NCBI GenBank assembly: GCA_023267435.1 | Contig: JAHFNH010000001.1 | Coordinates: 80,253-144,252 of the forward strand | Direction: 5' to 3' | Origin: Candidatus Nomurabacteria bacterium | GTDB lineage: Bacteria > Patescibacteriota > Minisyncoccia > Phycocordibacterales > UBA9973 | DNA length: 64,000 bases | Made by a program: the position numbers and the translations under genes | In this document: in pieces, positions 55,601 to 64,000 of the stretch | Position numbering within the stretch: the first letter of the stretch is position 1 | How the letters are laid out: every line of letters starts with the position of its first letter | The notes under the pieces: generated by a model | Databases searched by the model: none | Told to the model about the DNA's origin: nothing | Seen by the model: only the letters and a program-made list of their open reading frames with translations

Positions 55601-57448
55601 TTATTTATCTTGGGCGACACATTGATCGTATAAACTCTTTCTTAGAGGAGCTTCTTTTTGTGTAAATGCATCATTGCCATTACAGCTTCCGGATGTATAC
55701 ATTCTAAAAGTTCCTTCTATACTTCCGCATAGTTTATAGACTTTAGTCATATATTCTGATGCTACTAAAATATCTGTTGTATTATTATTTAATAAGTCTT
55801 TTGGAAAAATGGTGGTTGTGTTGGGTACAGTTGTAACTGTAATACCTTTATTATAATTAGCTCCTTTAGTTGAACCACTTGGGAAAAATGTAACACCAAA
55901 AAGTCCGACTGAATGAGAAAATCTCCAGTCTAAACCAAGATCATTCGCACTTGAGTTTAATTGATCGTTGTTTAGGAAAGAATGGTCCGTAATTTTTGGA
56001 TCAGTGCTATTTCCTGCTGGAAAACTTGTGCCATCGAATTTTTTACCTGACGCAATAAAATCTTTTCTAGATGGAACACCTGCAGATGGAACATTTTCAT
56101 CATGGCCAATGAGCCCTGTGACACCTCTAGATTCTCTTTGAATTGCCACTTGCAATAGACAGTGTGGAATATTGTATTCTTGTTTTACTGCGATAGTTTT
56201 TATTTGATCATAAAAGCTTGTTCTTTGGAAAGCTGTATCTGTTCCTTGTGTTTGAGAGAGGTTGTAATTATTTCCAGATGAATCAAATACCACTGACGCA
56301 TCATTTATCCCACTCAAACTCACATCTAGTAGTTGAGGATTAATAGTATTCAATAAAACATAAGAACCAAGTGCAATCAAAAGTCCAAAGATAGCATTAC
56401 CAATCCTTTTTCTACCTTCTTCTTTAGAAGTCATTAATTCACTAGTCACATACTCTATTCCACCTATTACTATCATTACAAAAGATAATACAGCACATAA
56501 TCCGATGAATATTCGAATCATTGTATTAAAATACTTACCAAAAACATTACCTTGAGTAGAATCAATGATTGTTATAGTATTTCCTCCTCCTGTTCCCTCA
56601 CCTGCCTTTGTTGGTAGTGGAGCAAGGAGTTGATATGTAGTGTCTGAATTGGGTGGAGGTAGAGTAACGGGTGTTATTTCAACTTGTACTTTTTTAGGGC
56701 TGAAGGTTTTAACAGTAGTGCTACAAACTTTATCAAAAGTATTTTCAGCACAGGCTGTATAGTAATACATTGTGCCTTCCACCATATTCTGCCCCTTATA
56801 TTTTTCTATAGAATTTTTGAAATCTATAGAAGCTTGGTTGTAATTTTCATCTCCATATAAACTATTTAGAGTCTTATGTGTTGTTTCAGCATCTAAATTA
56901 GCACTACTCAATCCATATTTAAACCACACAGTCACAGGATTCTTATTATTCTGCACCGTTCCTACCAACGTAGCACCTAAACCAGTTAGATTAATTATAT
57001 CTTTTGTATATACAGTCGGTGGTCTGCTTTCACTGATGACATGAGTTCCACCACCACTCGTATCAAAATCATCTTGAAACAATCGAACAACTTTATTATC
57101 GGGATACACACCTTCTATTCTATAAGTAAATAAATGCATGGATGCGGTGTATGGAAAAAGGTTTGTTGAATATGCAAAAGTAAGAGGCGCTGTACTTGCT
57201 GGGTCATATGATATATCAAGTTGTTTTGAAAATAATGCTGTTGTGTGATCTTTCTGATATATATATAGATAATAATAAACTGGTACTGGTTCTGTTAAAG
57301 AATCAATAACAACATGACCATTAACAGAGAAGGTTGTTCCCGTTATATCTGTTTTGTCGACTATTACATGCGCAGCCGCCTTAGCCTGAGATGCAATAAA
57401 AAAAGCAGAGATGATGAGCGTTAAGAATATGTATTTTAGGGTTTTCAT
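55601..57448 (-). CDS. Secreted pilin-scaffold protein with a C-terminal lytic-transglycosylase-like domain
   Basis: Signal peptide; TM hairpin GGIEYVTS...KEEGRKRI.NAIFGL (TrbC/VirB2-like); tip with IQRESRG, SVGLFGV and MYTSG. Confidence 0.7.
   Translation of the reverse strand: MKTLKYIFLTLIISAFFIASQAKAAAHVIVDKTDITGTTFSVNGHVVIDSLTEPVPVYYYLYIYQKDHTTALFSKQLDISYDPASTAPLTFAYSTNLFPYTASMHLFTYRIEGVYPDNKVVRLFQDDFDTSGGGTHVISESRPPTVYTKDIINLTGLGATLVGTVQNNKNPVTVWFKYGLSSANLDAETTHKTLNSLYGDENYNQASIDFKNSIEKYKGQNMVEGTMYYYTACAENTFDKVCSTTVKTFSPKKVQVEITPVTLPPPNSDTTYQLLAPLPTKAGEGTGGGNTITIIDSTQGNVFGKYFNTMIRIFIGLCAVLSFVMIVIGGIEYVTSELMTSKEEGRKRIGNAIFGLLIALGSYVLLNTINPQLLDVSLSGINDASVVFDSSGNNYNLSQTQGTDTAFQRTSFYDQIKTIAVKQEYNIPHCLLQVAIQRESRGVTGLIGHDENVPSAGVPSRKDFIASGKKFDGTSFPAGNSTDPKITDHSFLNNDQLNSSANDLGLDWRFSHSVGLFGVTFFPSGSTKGANYNKGITVTTVPNTTTIFPKDLLNNNTTDILVASEYMTKVYKLCGSIEGTFRMYTSGSCNGNDAFTQKEAPLRKSLYDQCVAQDK
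56295..57052. repeat. 758-bp direct repeat, copy 1
   Basis: No difference seen by eye from 59448-60205 (offset 3153). Confidence 0.9.
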
Positions 57449-57485
57449 CTTTCTTGCTATGTACTTTTTTAAAACACAAATAGAA

Positions 57486-58844
57486 CTATTTTAAATTCAA
57501 CTTCCAAAGATAAGAATCTTTTTTGTTTACAAAAAATAAATAATTTTCACCATCATCCAAAGCAAGTTTAGTACCGTCCATATCTTCCCCGCCTACTACT
57601 GCAGCTGGATCAGAAATCATTGTTGCATTATTATTTGTCGCCTCTATTTTCCAAAGTTCATCTGAGAACGAAACTTGTCCTTGATACCAATCATCTGGAT
57701 ATTGTCCCTGGTCAACAAATTTTGGTACGGAACAATATACAATATCGCTATTTTTACCCCAAACGCATTTTTCTGGAAGAGTTTTTAAACCAAGAAGGCT
57801 AGAACTTTTAGTATCTACATTGTAAATATAAAGAGATAAGTTGTTGTTGTTATAAAGGATTAATTTCCCATTTGGACTGGTGAGGGTAGTGAGTCCGTTT
57901 ATACCACCGAGAATTTTATTAAAATCTTTTTTATCTGGGTTGATCGCATACATATAACCGGGAACATTAGCAGAAGGTTTAGTGGTAAGAGTGATCATTT
58001 TGTCGTTTGGCCATTGAGACAACCATTCTGTGAAAGGAGAATTAAATATTTGGGATTTTTTGTCACCCAATGAACCGGAAGTTATGCCTACTGTGCCATC
58101 TCCAACTTTAAAGAGATAGAATATTTTTGAAGCATCTGGAGAAACGCTCAAGTCTGAAATATTTTCCGGCAAGAAAGATCCTTTTATTTCAGTATCTGTC
58201 GTAGTGTCTCCGCCTAATATCTGTTTTGGCAAGCTACCAATAAAAGTTTCTATTGTTTTGTCGTCTGTTTTTAAATAGCGCATTACCACAGACTCTCCTT
58301 TAGCTCCAAAAAATGCTTCATGCACTATTGGAATAACTGTTGTGGTGAAATTACGCTCGTCTATTTTATCGGCAAGTGTTTGGTAAATATTTCCTGTTGC
58401 TCTGTCTACATATCTGACAGCCGGTATAAATTCAGTTGGAGGTGGTGTTGGTTTTACCGGAGCCGTTTTTCCTTTTTTGGTTGTTGTAGTAGTGGTTGCA
58501 GTATCAGGCGCGGCGGTGACAGTTATTGATGCTTCTTTAAATCTTTCTTGCATAAATACTCCAAAGCCTGCGATCGGCATAGTTGAAACCTTAACCATAT
58601 TTGCCTTAGATGCTTCTATTATTGGTGCTTTTTCAAATCCTGAAATATTGGCTGGGGCTGTCGGTTCAGCTGTTTTTGGAGCTGTACTTTTTAGAAATGG
58701 AAAAAATTGAGAGACAAAATTTATCCCCTGTGTGCCTGTTGTTGGGGCTGGTGTACTACTTTTGAAAAAATAGGAAAATCCAAAACTAATGGCTAGTATA
58801 GCTACAATGATAATTATTAAAAGTGTTAAATTTCTTTTTGTCAT
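57486..58844 (-). CDS. Membrane-anchored extracellular protein, beta-propeller-like
   Basis: N-terminal TM, Thr/Pro-rich linker, SPDASKI and SPNGKLI blade-like motifs. Confidence 0.7.
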   Translation of the reverse strand: MTKRNLTLLIIIIVAILAISFGFSYFFKSSTPAPTTGTQGINFVSQFFPFLKSTAPKTAEPTAPANISGFEKAPIIEASKANMVKVSTMPIAGFGVFMQERFKEASITVTAAPDTATTTTTTKKGKTAPVKPTPPPTEFIPAVRYVDRATGNIYQTLADKIDERNFTTTVIPIVHEAFFGAKGESVVMRYLKTDDKTIETFIGSLPKQILGGDTTTDTEIKGSFLPENISDLSVSPDASKIFYLFKVGDGTVGITSGSLGDKKSQIFNSPFTEWLSQWPNDKMITLTTKPSANVPGYMYAINPDKKDFNKILGGINGLTTLTSPNGKLILYNNNNLSLYIYNVDTKSSSLLGLKTLPEKCVWGKNSDIVYCSVPKFVDQGQYPDDWYQGQVSFSDELWKIEATNNNATMISDPAAVVGGEDMDGTKLALDDGENYLFFVNKKDSYLWKLNLK

Positions 58845-58852
58845 ATTTTTTT

Positions 58853-60601
58853 TTAAATTCTCTTAAAATGGTTTATTATTTTTCCATATTTACTAATGAT
58901 ATTAAAAATAGTGAATGCTTGTCCAGAGCTTCTGCCGTTGTGAGCTGCTGTTGATTCAGCAGCTTTTCCACCTCCAATATAAACAAAAGCATGACCTACA
59001 GATGTTCCAGGTGTGCCTGTGGTCCAACCAACAACATCTCCTGGTTTAAGTGCTTGTCCATTTAAAACAGTTTCACCATTTGCTTCAGTTTGCGTTGTGA
59101 TTGTTTCTAATCCTGTGCCTGTGCTGAATGCCATACCAGAACTTCCTCCAGGAGGATTTAATCCGGCGCATTCCAAAACATAATCAACAAAACCAGTGCA
59201 ATCAAGACATATTGTGCCAGTCGGACAAAAACTACTGCAGGCTATATTATTATCACACATTTTTGTGTCTGAAGGGTAAGGAGCTGGACCGCCCTTGCCG
59301 CCAAAACGATAAGTCACCTTGCCGTTTAGACTATTTACAATCTCAGCTATTCTAGCTGATCCACCAGCTTTGGGACAAACGATTCCTGTCGGAGGAGTAA
59401 AATTTAATGACACAGGCGAATTCGTGAATCCACCACTGTTAGTTATCGACGCATCATTTATCCCACTCAAACTCACATCTAGTAGTTGAGGATTAATAGT
59501 ATTCAATAAAACATAAGAACCAAGTGCAATCAAAAGTCCAAAGATAGCATTACCAATCCTTTTTCTACCTTCTTCTTTAGAAGTCATTAATTCACTAGTC
59601 ACATACTCTATTCCACCTATTACTATCATTACAAAAGATAATACAGCACATAATCCGATGAATATTCGAATCATTGTATTAAAATACTTACCAAAAACAT
59701 TACCTTGAGTAGAATCAATGATTGTTATAGTATTTCCTCCTCCTGTTCCCTCACCTGCCTTTGTTGGTAGTGGAGCAAGGAGTTGATATGTAGTGTCTGA
59801 ATTGGGTGGAGGTAGAGTAACGGGTGTTATTTCAACTTGTACTTTTTTAGGGCTGAAGGTTTTAACAGTAGTGCTACAAACTTTATCAAAAGTATTTTCA
59901 GCACAGGCTGTATAGTAATACATTGTGCCTTCCACCATATTCTGCCCCTTATATTTTTCTATAGAATTTTTGAAATCTATAGAAGCTTGGTTGTAATTTT
60001 CATCTCCATATAAACTATTTAGAGTCTTATGTGTTGTTTCAGCATCTAAATTAGCACTACTCAATCCATATTTAAACCACACAGTCACAGGATTCTTATT
60101 ATTCTGCACCGTTCCTACCAACGTAGCACCTAAACCAGTTAGATTAATTATATCTTTTGTATATACAGTCGGTGGTCTGCTTTCACTGATGACATGAGTT
60201 CCACCTGTGACACTTGTATCAAAATTATTACCCGGAGAGTTTAAGAAAACAGGAGGCGGAGTGTTGTTGTAGTAAACCCCTATTATTTTATAAGTAAATA
60301 AATGTTTTGTTGAAGTAAACTGGCTTATGTTTATTGAGTAATGAAACGTAAGAGTTTGAGGATCAATAGTAATCGGACTGCTTTGTATTAATGGTGCTGA
60401 TTTTCCTTGTTCATACAGAAAAAAAAAGTAATTCATTGGCATTTGCTGTATTGGGAAAGCCATAACCTTACCATCTATTGCTATAGTTGTGCCAGTTATG
60501 TCTTGTTTAGTTATGTCTATAGCGATTGTGGCTTTAGCCGGAGATGCAATAAAAAAAGCAGAGATGATGAGCGTTAAGAATATGTATTTTAGGTTTTTCA
60601 T
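58853..60601 (-). CDS. Secreted pilin-scaffold protein with a C-terminal NlpC/P60 peptidase
   Basis: Same core as 55601-57448; tip with YRFGG, LDCTGFV, LKPGDVV, GHAFVYIG and ES. Confidence 0.8.
   Translation of the reverse strand: MKNLKYIFLTLIISAFFIASPAKATIAIDITKQDITGTTIAIDGKVMAFPIQQMPMNYFFFLYEQGKSAPLIQSSPITIDPQTLTFHYSINISQFTSTKHLFTYKIIGVYYNNTPPPVFLNSPGNNFDTSVTGGTHVISESRPPTVYTKDIINLTGLGATLVGTVQNNKNPVTVWFKYGLSSANLDAETTHKTLNSLYGDENYNQASIDFKNSIEKYKGQNMVEGTMYYYTACAENTFDKVCSTTVKTFSPKKVQVEITPVTLPPPNSDTTYQLLAPLPTKAGEGTGGGNTITIIDSTQGNVFGKYFNTMIRIFIGLCAVLSFVMIVIGGIEYVTSELMTSKEEGRKRIGNAIFGLLIALGSYVLLNTINPQLLDVSLSGINDASITNSGGFTNSPVSLNFTPPTGIVCPKAGGSARIAEIVNSLNGKVTYRFGGKGGPAPYPSDTKMCDNNIACSSFCPTGTICLDCTGFVDYVLECAGLNPPGGSSGMAFSTGTGLETITTQTEANGETVLNGQALKPGDVVGWTTGTPGTSVGHAFVYIGGGKAAESTAAHNGRSSGQAFTIFNIISKYGKIINHFKRI
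59448..60205. repeat. 758-bp direct repeat, copy 2
   Basis: No difference seen by eye from 56295-57052. Confidence 0.9.
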
Positions 60602-60602
60602 A

Positions 60603-61589
60603 CTAGAAATTCATATTGATTTCTTTCTCTAAACTCTGAAAAAGAGTTTGGATATTTTTGACAGAGATATTTATTTTAGCTGATCCGGATTTTCCACTTT
60701 CTGGTTTGATTGATAGGATATTTTTTGGATCTGGTGTTTGGAGTGGTGCTCCGTTTAAGGACCAGTCAAAAACAAGATTGTCTGAAGTTATATCTTTGGG
60801 TGAAAAGAAATATGGTTCGGCGACAAGTATCTCACCATTTGGATTTATTGTGAAAAAATTACCTAATGAATTTTCCCATTTTGTGCCGAGAGACAAGTCT
60901 TTTTCATAAAATATTATTTTTGGAATTGAAGTGCGTAGATTTATACTACCGGAAACACTTGTGTTGCCAGTGATATCTGATATAGCTACTTCAATGTTAT
61001 TACTCTTTTCTAAGTAGTTATTTTTGAAAATAAAATAACTCTTTCCCCATCCGGAAGAATTAGGCTGGCCATTCCCGTCTTTAGTCCAGGTATAAGACAG
61101 ATTACTGGCACTTGATTTTCCAATTGAAGTCATTAAGTTTGGCATTGCTACTACTTTGAAAGTTCCCTGGCTTGGAACCAATGCTTTTCCTTTGTAAAAA
61201 GGTGGAACATATGAATCTGGAGCTTCCCATAACATATCTACTTCTGTGGGTGTTATGGTTATTGTTTTTACAATATTTTGTCCATCCAATGTATTCATTC
61301 TCACACTCAAAACTGAAGATGAGCCCACATCACCTGTATTGAAAGAAAAAGTTTTTTTACCGATTCCTGAAAGGGTTTCTTTGTTGTTCATTGACCAAGA
61401 AATATTTGCTTTATCTAGATTAACTGCGAAGCTACTCAAGGTGGCATTTACGCTTTGATTGGGAGCTGGATAGGTCGGATTTATGGTTAAAGCGACATCG
61501 GTATTCTGCACTTGCGCAAAAGCTGTTCCATAAAAAGCACCGAATAAAATTACTGTAACGATTATTGATTTTTTAATCAAATTTATCAT
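60603..61589 (-). CDS. Secreted beta-rich (Ig-like) protein
   Basis: Signal peptide ending AFA; LWEA..YVPPFYKGKAL motif; beta-strand composition. Confidence 0.7.
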   Translation of the reverse strand: MINLIKKSIIVTVILFGAFYGTAFAQVQNTDVALTINPTYPAPNQSVNATLSSFAVNLDKANISWSMNNKETLSGIGKKTFSFNTGDVGSSSVLSVRMNTLDGQNIVKTITITPTEVDMLWEAPDSYVPPFYKGKALVPSQGTFKVVAMPNLMTSIGKSSASNLSYTWTKDGNGQPNSSGWGKSYFIFKNNYLEKSNNIEVAISDITGNTSVSGSINLRTSIPKIIFYEKDLSLGTKWENSLGNFFTINPNGEILVAEPYFFSPKDITSDNLVFDWSLNGAPLQTPDPKNILSIKPESGKSGSAKINISVKNIQTLFQSLEKEINMNF

Positions 61590-61629
61590 AAGGTTACTTA
61601 TATTGTAACATTTTATAATTTTTTTATCC

Positions 61630-63471
61630 TTAGTGGGATATTTCTTTTTCTGCTTCCAAGTCTTGCTTAGCTTTTTTGATAGATAGGATTTGAGAAGGGT
61701 CGGAAGTAATGATCTGGTCTTCGGTATATGAGGAGATTATTTTAATCGCCACATGCTTTAAACCCGCAAAGAAGATACCTTCTCCTACTCCAGATTCTAG
61801 AAGTAGGTATTTTTCTTCGTCTGTCAGGTTGAATGTCTTTTGCAAGACATCGATAGTAGATGGAGATTGTTTTAAGAGAAGTTGAATAGAAGAGTTGGTA
61901 ACGATCGGTACGCCGTAGGGGGACTTCATAAAGTCAGCCGCGTCTTGAGTGATCGTCGAAAGTCCAAGATAATATTTTCTACCTCTTTTAGCAATAGAAT
62001 AAAGGAATGAAGCGGTGTCTTCTGATTTCATCATCCACCATGCCTCATCCACGACCAATAAGCGCTTTTTTAAATTTTTACGCACAGCATTCCAGATATA
62101 GTGTGTGACGATATACATCGCGATCGGCTTCAATTCATCTTCCATGTCGCGTACAGAAAACACAACGAACTTTTTATTGATATCAACATTCGAAGGTTTG
62201 TTTAAGAATGTAGACCAAGAACCTCGAGTGTATTTTATAAGTCTTTGCACCACTGAATCACTTCCGTCCATTCCAGAAAGAACCATTTCAAAATCTGAAA
62301 GAAGTGGAGGTTCGATATTTGAGAAGTCTGAGTCTGGTGTGATGTCTTTTATGGCGTAAGTTTCTGAAATAGCGCGGTCCACCATTGAATCTTCTTCAGG
62401 AGTTAGCCCACCCAACATCAATCGGAAAAGCCCGACGAGGTTGATGATATTTGAACGAAGAACATCCTCAGCAGTTTCGTCTTCACGCGGTATCGGCAAG
62501 TCAAAAGGATTGATATGGTGATCTGAAGAAAGAGAAATATTAAAATATCTTCCGCCGACAGCTTCAGCGAGGTACTCGTATTCCCTTTCCGGATCGATCA
62601 CAATGACATCTATGTCAAACATCAAAGATCTTAGGATTTCCAATTTTGTCGCATAAGATTTTCCTGAACCAGACTTTGCGAAAGTTACAGAGTTATAATT
62701 TTCAAGCGAGAAACGATCAAAGATAACCAAACTAGAATTGTGTCTGTTTACGCCATAAAGTATTCCTTTGTCTGAAGTTAAGTCGAAAGAAACGAATGGA
62801 AAAATACTGGAAAGCGGTTCGGAATTTAATTTCTGGTGGACCGACAAGATATCATTTCCGATCGGAATAACGCTTTTAAATCCATCGTCCTGCTGGAAAA
62901 GAGCCGGCTTAATATAAATAAGTTTTGATTCCAGCATTGATTTGATTTCATTTTCAACTTTAAAGAGCTCTAATTCGTTGTCGGCATAAACTGTAATATA
63001 AACTCCAACATCAAACATTTTTTCCTGTGCTTGCATCAAATTATCGCGAAGACCCTCCAAATCTTGAAAGGCTGTGTCGAGCATTGGGTCGCGCACCATA
63101 CCTTTCGATTCTCGAGCAGAAATCTGACTTTGCACTTCTGCTACTTTTTTCTGGAATTGCCTCAAAGCGAGCGAAGTATCTATCGGATGGATAAAAATAG
63201 AAACATCAAATATTTTATCCAAATTTATGATGGGTGAAAACCAATTGTCTGTCAGAAATCTCGGATAAGATATTATAAAAAATGTTCGAGCAATTTTATC
63301 TCCTAAATTTATAGATTTAGGCTCTATTTTTAAGGCTGACGGCGCGATGACATCTTGGAGTTCTAGGGTCGCTGACTCGTAAATTTCTTCAGGAAGAACA
63401 GCTAAAACAGAAGCACTAGCGGTGCTTTCTGAAGTTTTCTTTTTTCCGAATAATGTATCAAAAAAAGCCAT
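61630..63471 (-). CDS. VirB4-like (TraC/ConE-type) secretion ATPase
   Basis: AKSGSGKS Walker A, IDPEREY, INPFD, VVDEAW Walker B, RGRKY, TQ motif. Confidence 0.88.
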   Translation of the reverse strand: MAFFDTLFGKKKTSESTASASVLAVLPEEIYESATLELQDVIAPSALKIEPKSINLGDKIARTFFIISYPRFLTDNWFSPIINLDKIFDVSIFIHPIDTSLALRQFQKKVAEVQSQISARESKGMVRDPMLDTAFQDLEGLRDNLMQAQEKMFDVGVYITVYADNELELFKVENEIKSMLESKLIYIKPALFQQDDGFKSVIPIGNDILSVHQKLNSEPLSSIFPFVSFDLTSDKGILYGVNRHNSSLVIFDRFSLENYNSVTFAKSGSGKSYATKLEILRSLMFDIDVIVIDPEREYEYLAEAVGGRYFNISLSSDHHINPFDLPIPREDETAEDVLRSNIINLVGLFRLMLGGLTPEEDSMVDRAISETYAIKDITPDSDFSNIEPPLLSDFEMVLSGMDGSDSVVQRLIKYTRGSWSTFLNKPSNVDINKKFVVFSVRDMEDELKPIAMYIVTHYIWNAVRKNLKKRLLVVDEAWWMMKSEDTASFLYSIAKRGRKYYLGLSTITQDAADFMKSPYGVPIVTNSSIQLLLKQSPSTIDVLQKTFNLTDEEKYLLLESGVGEGIFFAGLKHVAIKIISSYTEDQIITSDPSQILSIKKAKQDLEAEKEISH

Positions 63472-63522
63472 TCTTATTAGTTTATTATAACTTAAAAATC
63501 AAAAAGCTGAAAGCTAAAATCA

Positions 63523-64000
63523 TTAGTTAGTTTTTTCCAGCTCTATTTTACCCTCTATTTCTCCGGGGTTGAACACTTTATAGAAGACTTCCACGACTTC
63601 TTCTGTTCCCAATTGGACGGATTTTATACCGCAACGGGAAAGCCCTTGCTGGATGACACTGACTCTCTGCTCCAACTGAGATCTTTTTTCTTCAAAATCA
63701 GTCTGTTCTGCAGCTTTTATTTCCTCTCTGCTTCTTTTTGAAAAAAATCCTTTAAATATCCCCGAGTCTGTTTTAAAAGATACGGGAGTGTAAGGCACGA
63801 CCACAAAAAAACTTTTAGTCATTATACTGACTGATTCAGTGAAGTTTTTAATAAAGTCTATATACTCTCTTGTTTGAAGTTTGAGTAAGGGTTCTGTCTG
63901 CACTTTCATTCTGTTTTCTAAAAGCAAAAGATAAGGCCTGATGTCGAGCTTTCTGGATTGGACGGATATTTGAATAGAAAAATCTATAGTATTTAAAAAT
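63523..64000 (-). CDS. VirB4-associated protein resembling the TraC N-terminal region, 5'-truncated by the window edge
   Basis: Frame open to the window end (FLNTIDFSIQISVQSRKLDIRPY...FFVVVPY...FYKVFNP), immediately upstream of the VirB4-like gene. Confidence 0.7.
   Translation of the reverse strand, partial: FLNTIDFSIQISVQSRKLDIRPYLLLLENRMKVQTEPLLKLQTREYIDFIKNFTESVSIMTKSFFVVVPYTPVSFKTDSGIFKGFFSKRSREEIKAAEQTDFEEKRSQLEQRVSVIQQGLSRCGIKSVQLGTEEVVEVFYKVFNPGEIEGKIELEKTN

Noticed and set aside
440-63237. Numerous 60-150 aa ORFs antisense to or nested in long genes
   Set aside because: Shadow frames of well-supported genes with no motifs or expression signals
1-64000. CRISPR array or cas genes
   Set aside because: No regularly spaced direct repeats with unique spacers and no cas-like ORF seen
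1-64000. Alternative genetic code (TGA read as Gly, as in Gracilibacteria/Absconditabacteria)
   Set aside because: Long conserved genes are intact under code 11 with no in-frame TGA, and TGA ends ORFs such as 49652 and 32275

Overview
AT-rich chromosomal window from a small-genome bacterium. Gene content and style (leaderless core genes, short holA and yebC, polA without a 3'-5' exonuclease domain, PilB and VirB4-type ATPases) point to Patescibacteria/CPR, probably Parcubacteria; this placement is an inference. It contains the replication-origin region (dciA-like, dnaN, oriC, dnaA, rpmH, rnpA, yidD, yidC, jag), housekeeping genes (ruvA/B/C, polA, mutM, tyrS, tsaE, rpsT, nrdJ plus pduO, PBP1A) and two tRNAs, Arg(GCG) and Lys(TTT). 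Main accessory signals: (1) a stand-alone gene at 49652-50293 whose 3' end looks like a diversity-generating retroelement (DGR) variable region, with no RT or template repeat seen in the window; (2) a VirB4-linked locus with two pilin-scaffold proteins that share an identical 758-bp core but end in different peptidoglycan hydrolases (SLT-like versus NlpC/P60); (3) divergent ORFan pairs driven by a repeated symmetric bidirectional promoter built on TTGAC-NN-GTCAA; (4) a 2025-aa RHS protein with an M15 peptidase tip; (5) stem-loop elements, one inserted in frame in polA, and a candidate structured ncRNA at about 43140-43318. All calls come from reading the sequence by eye; no searches were run.
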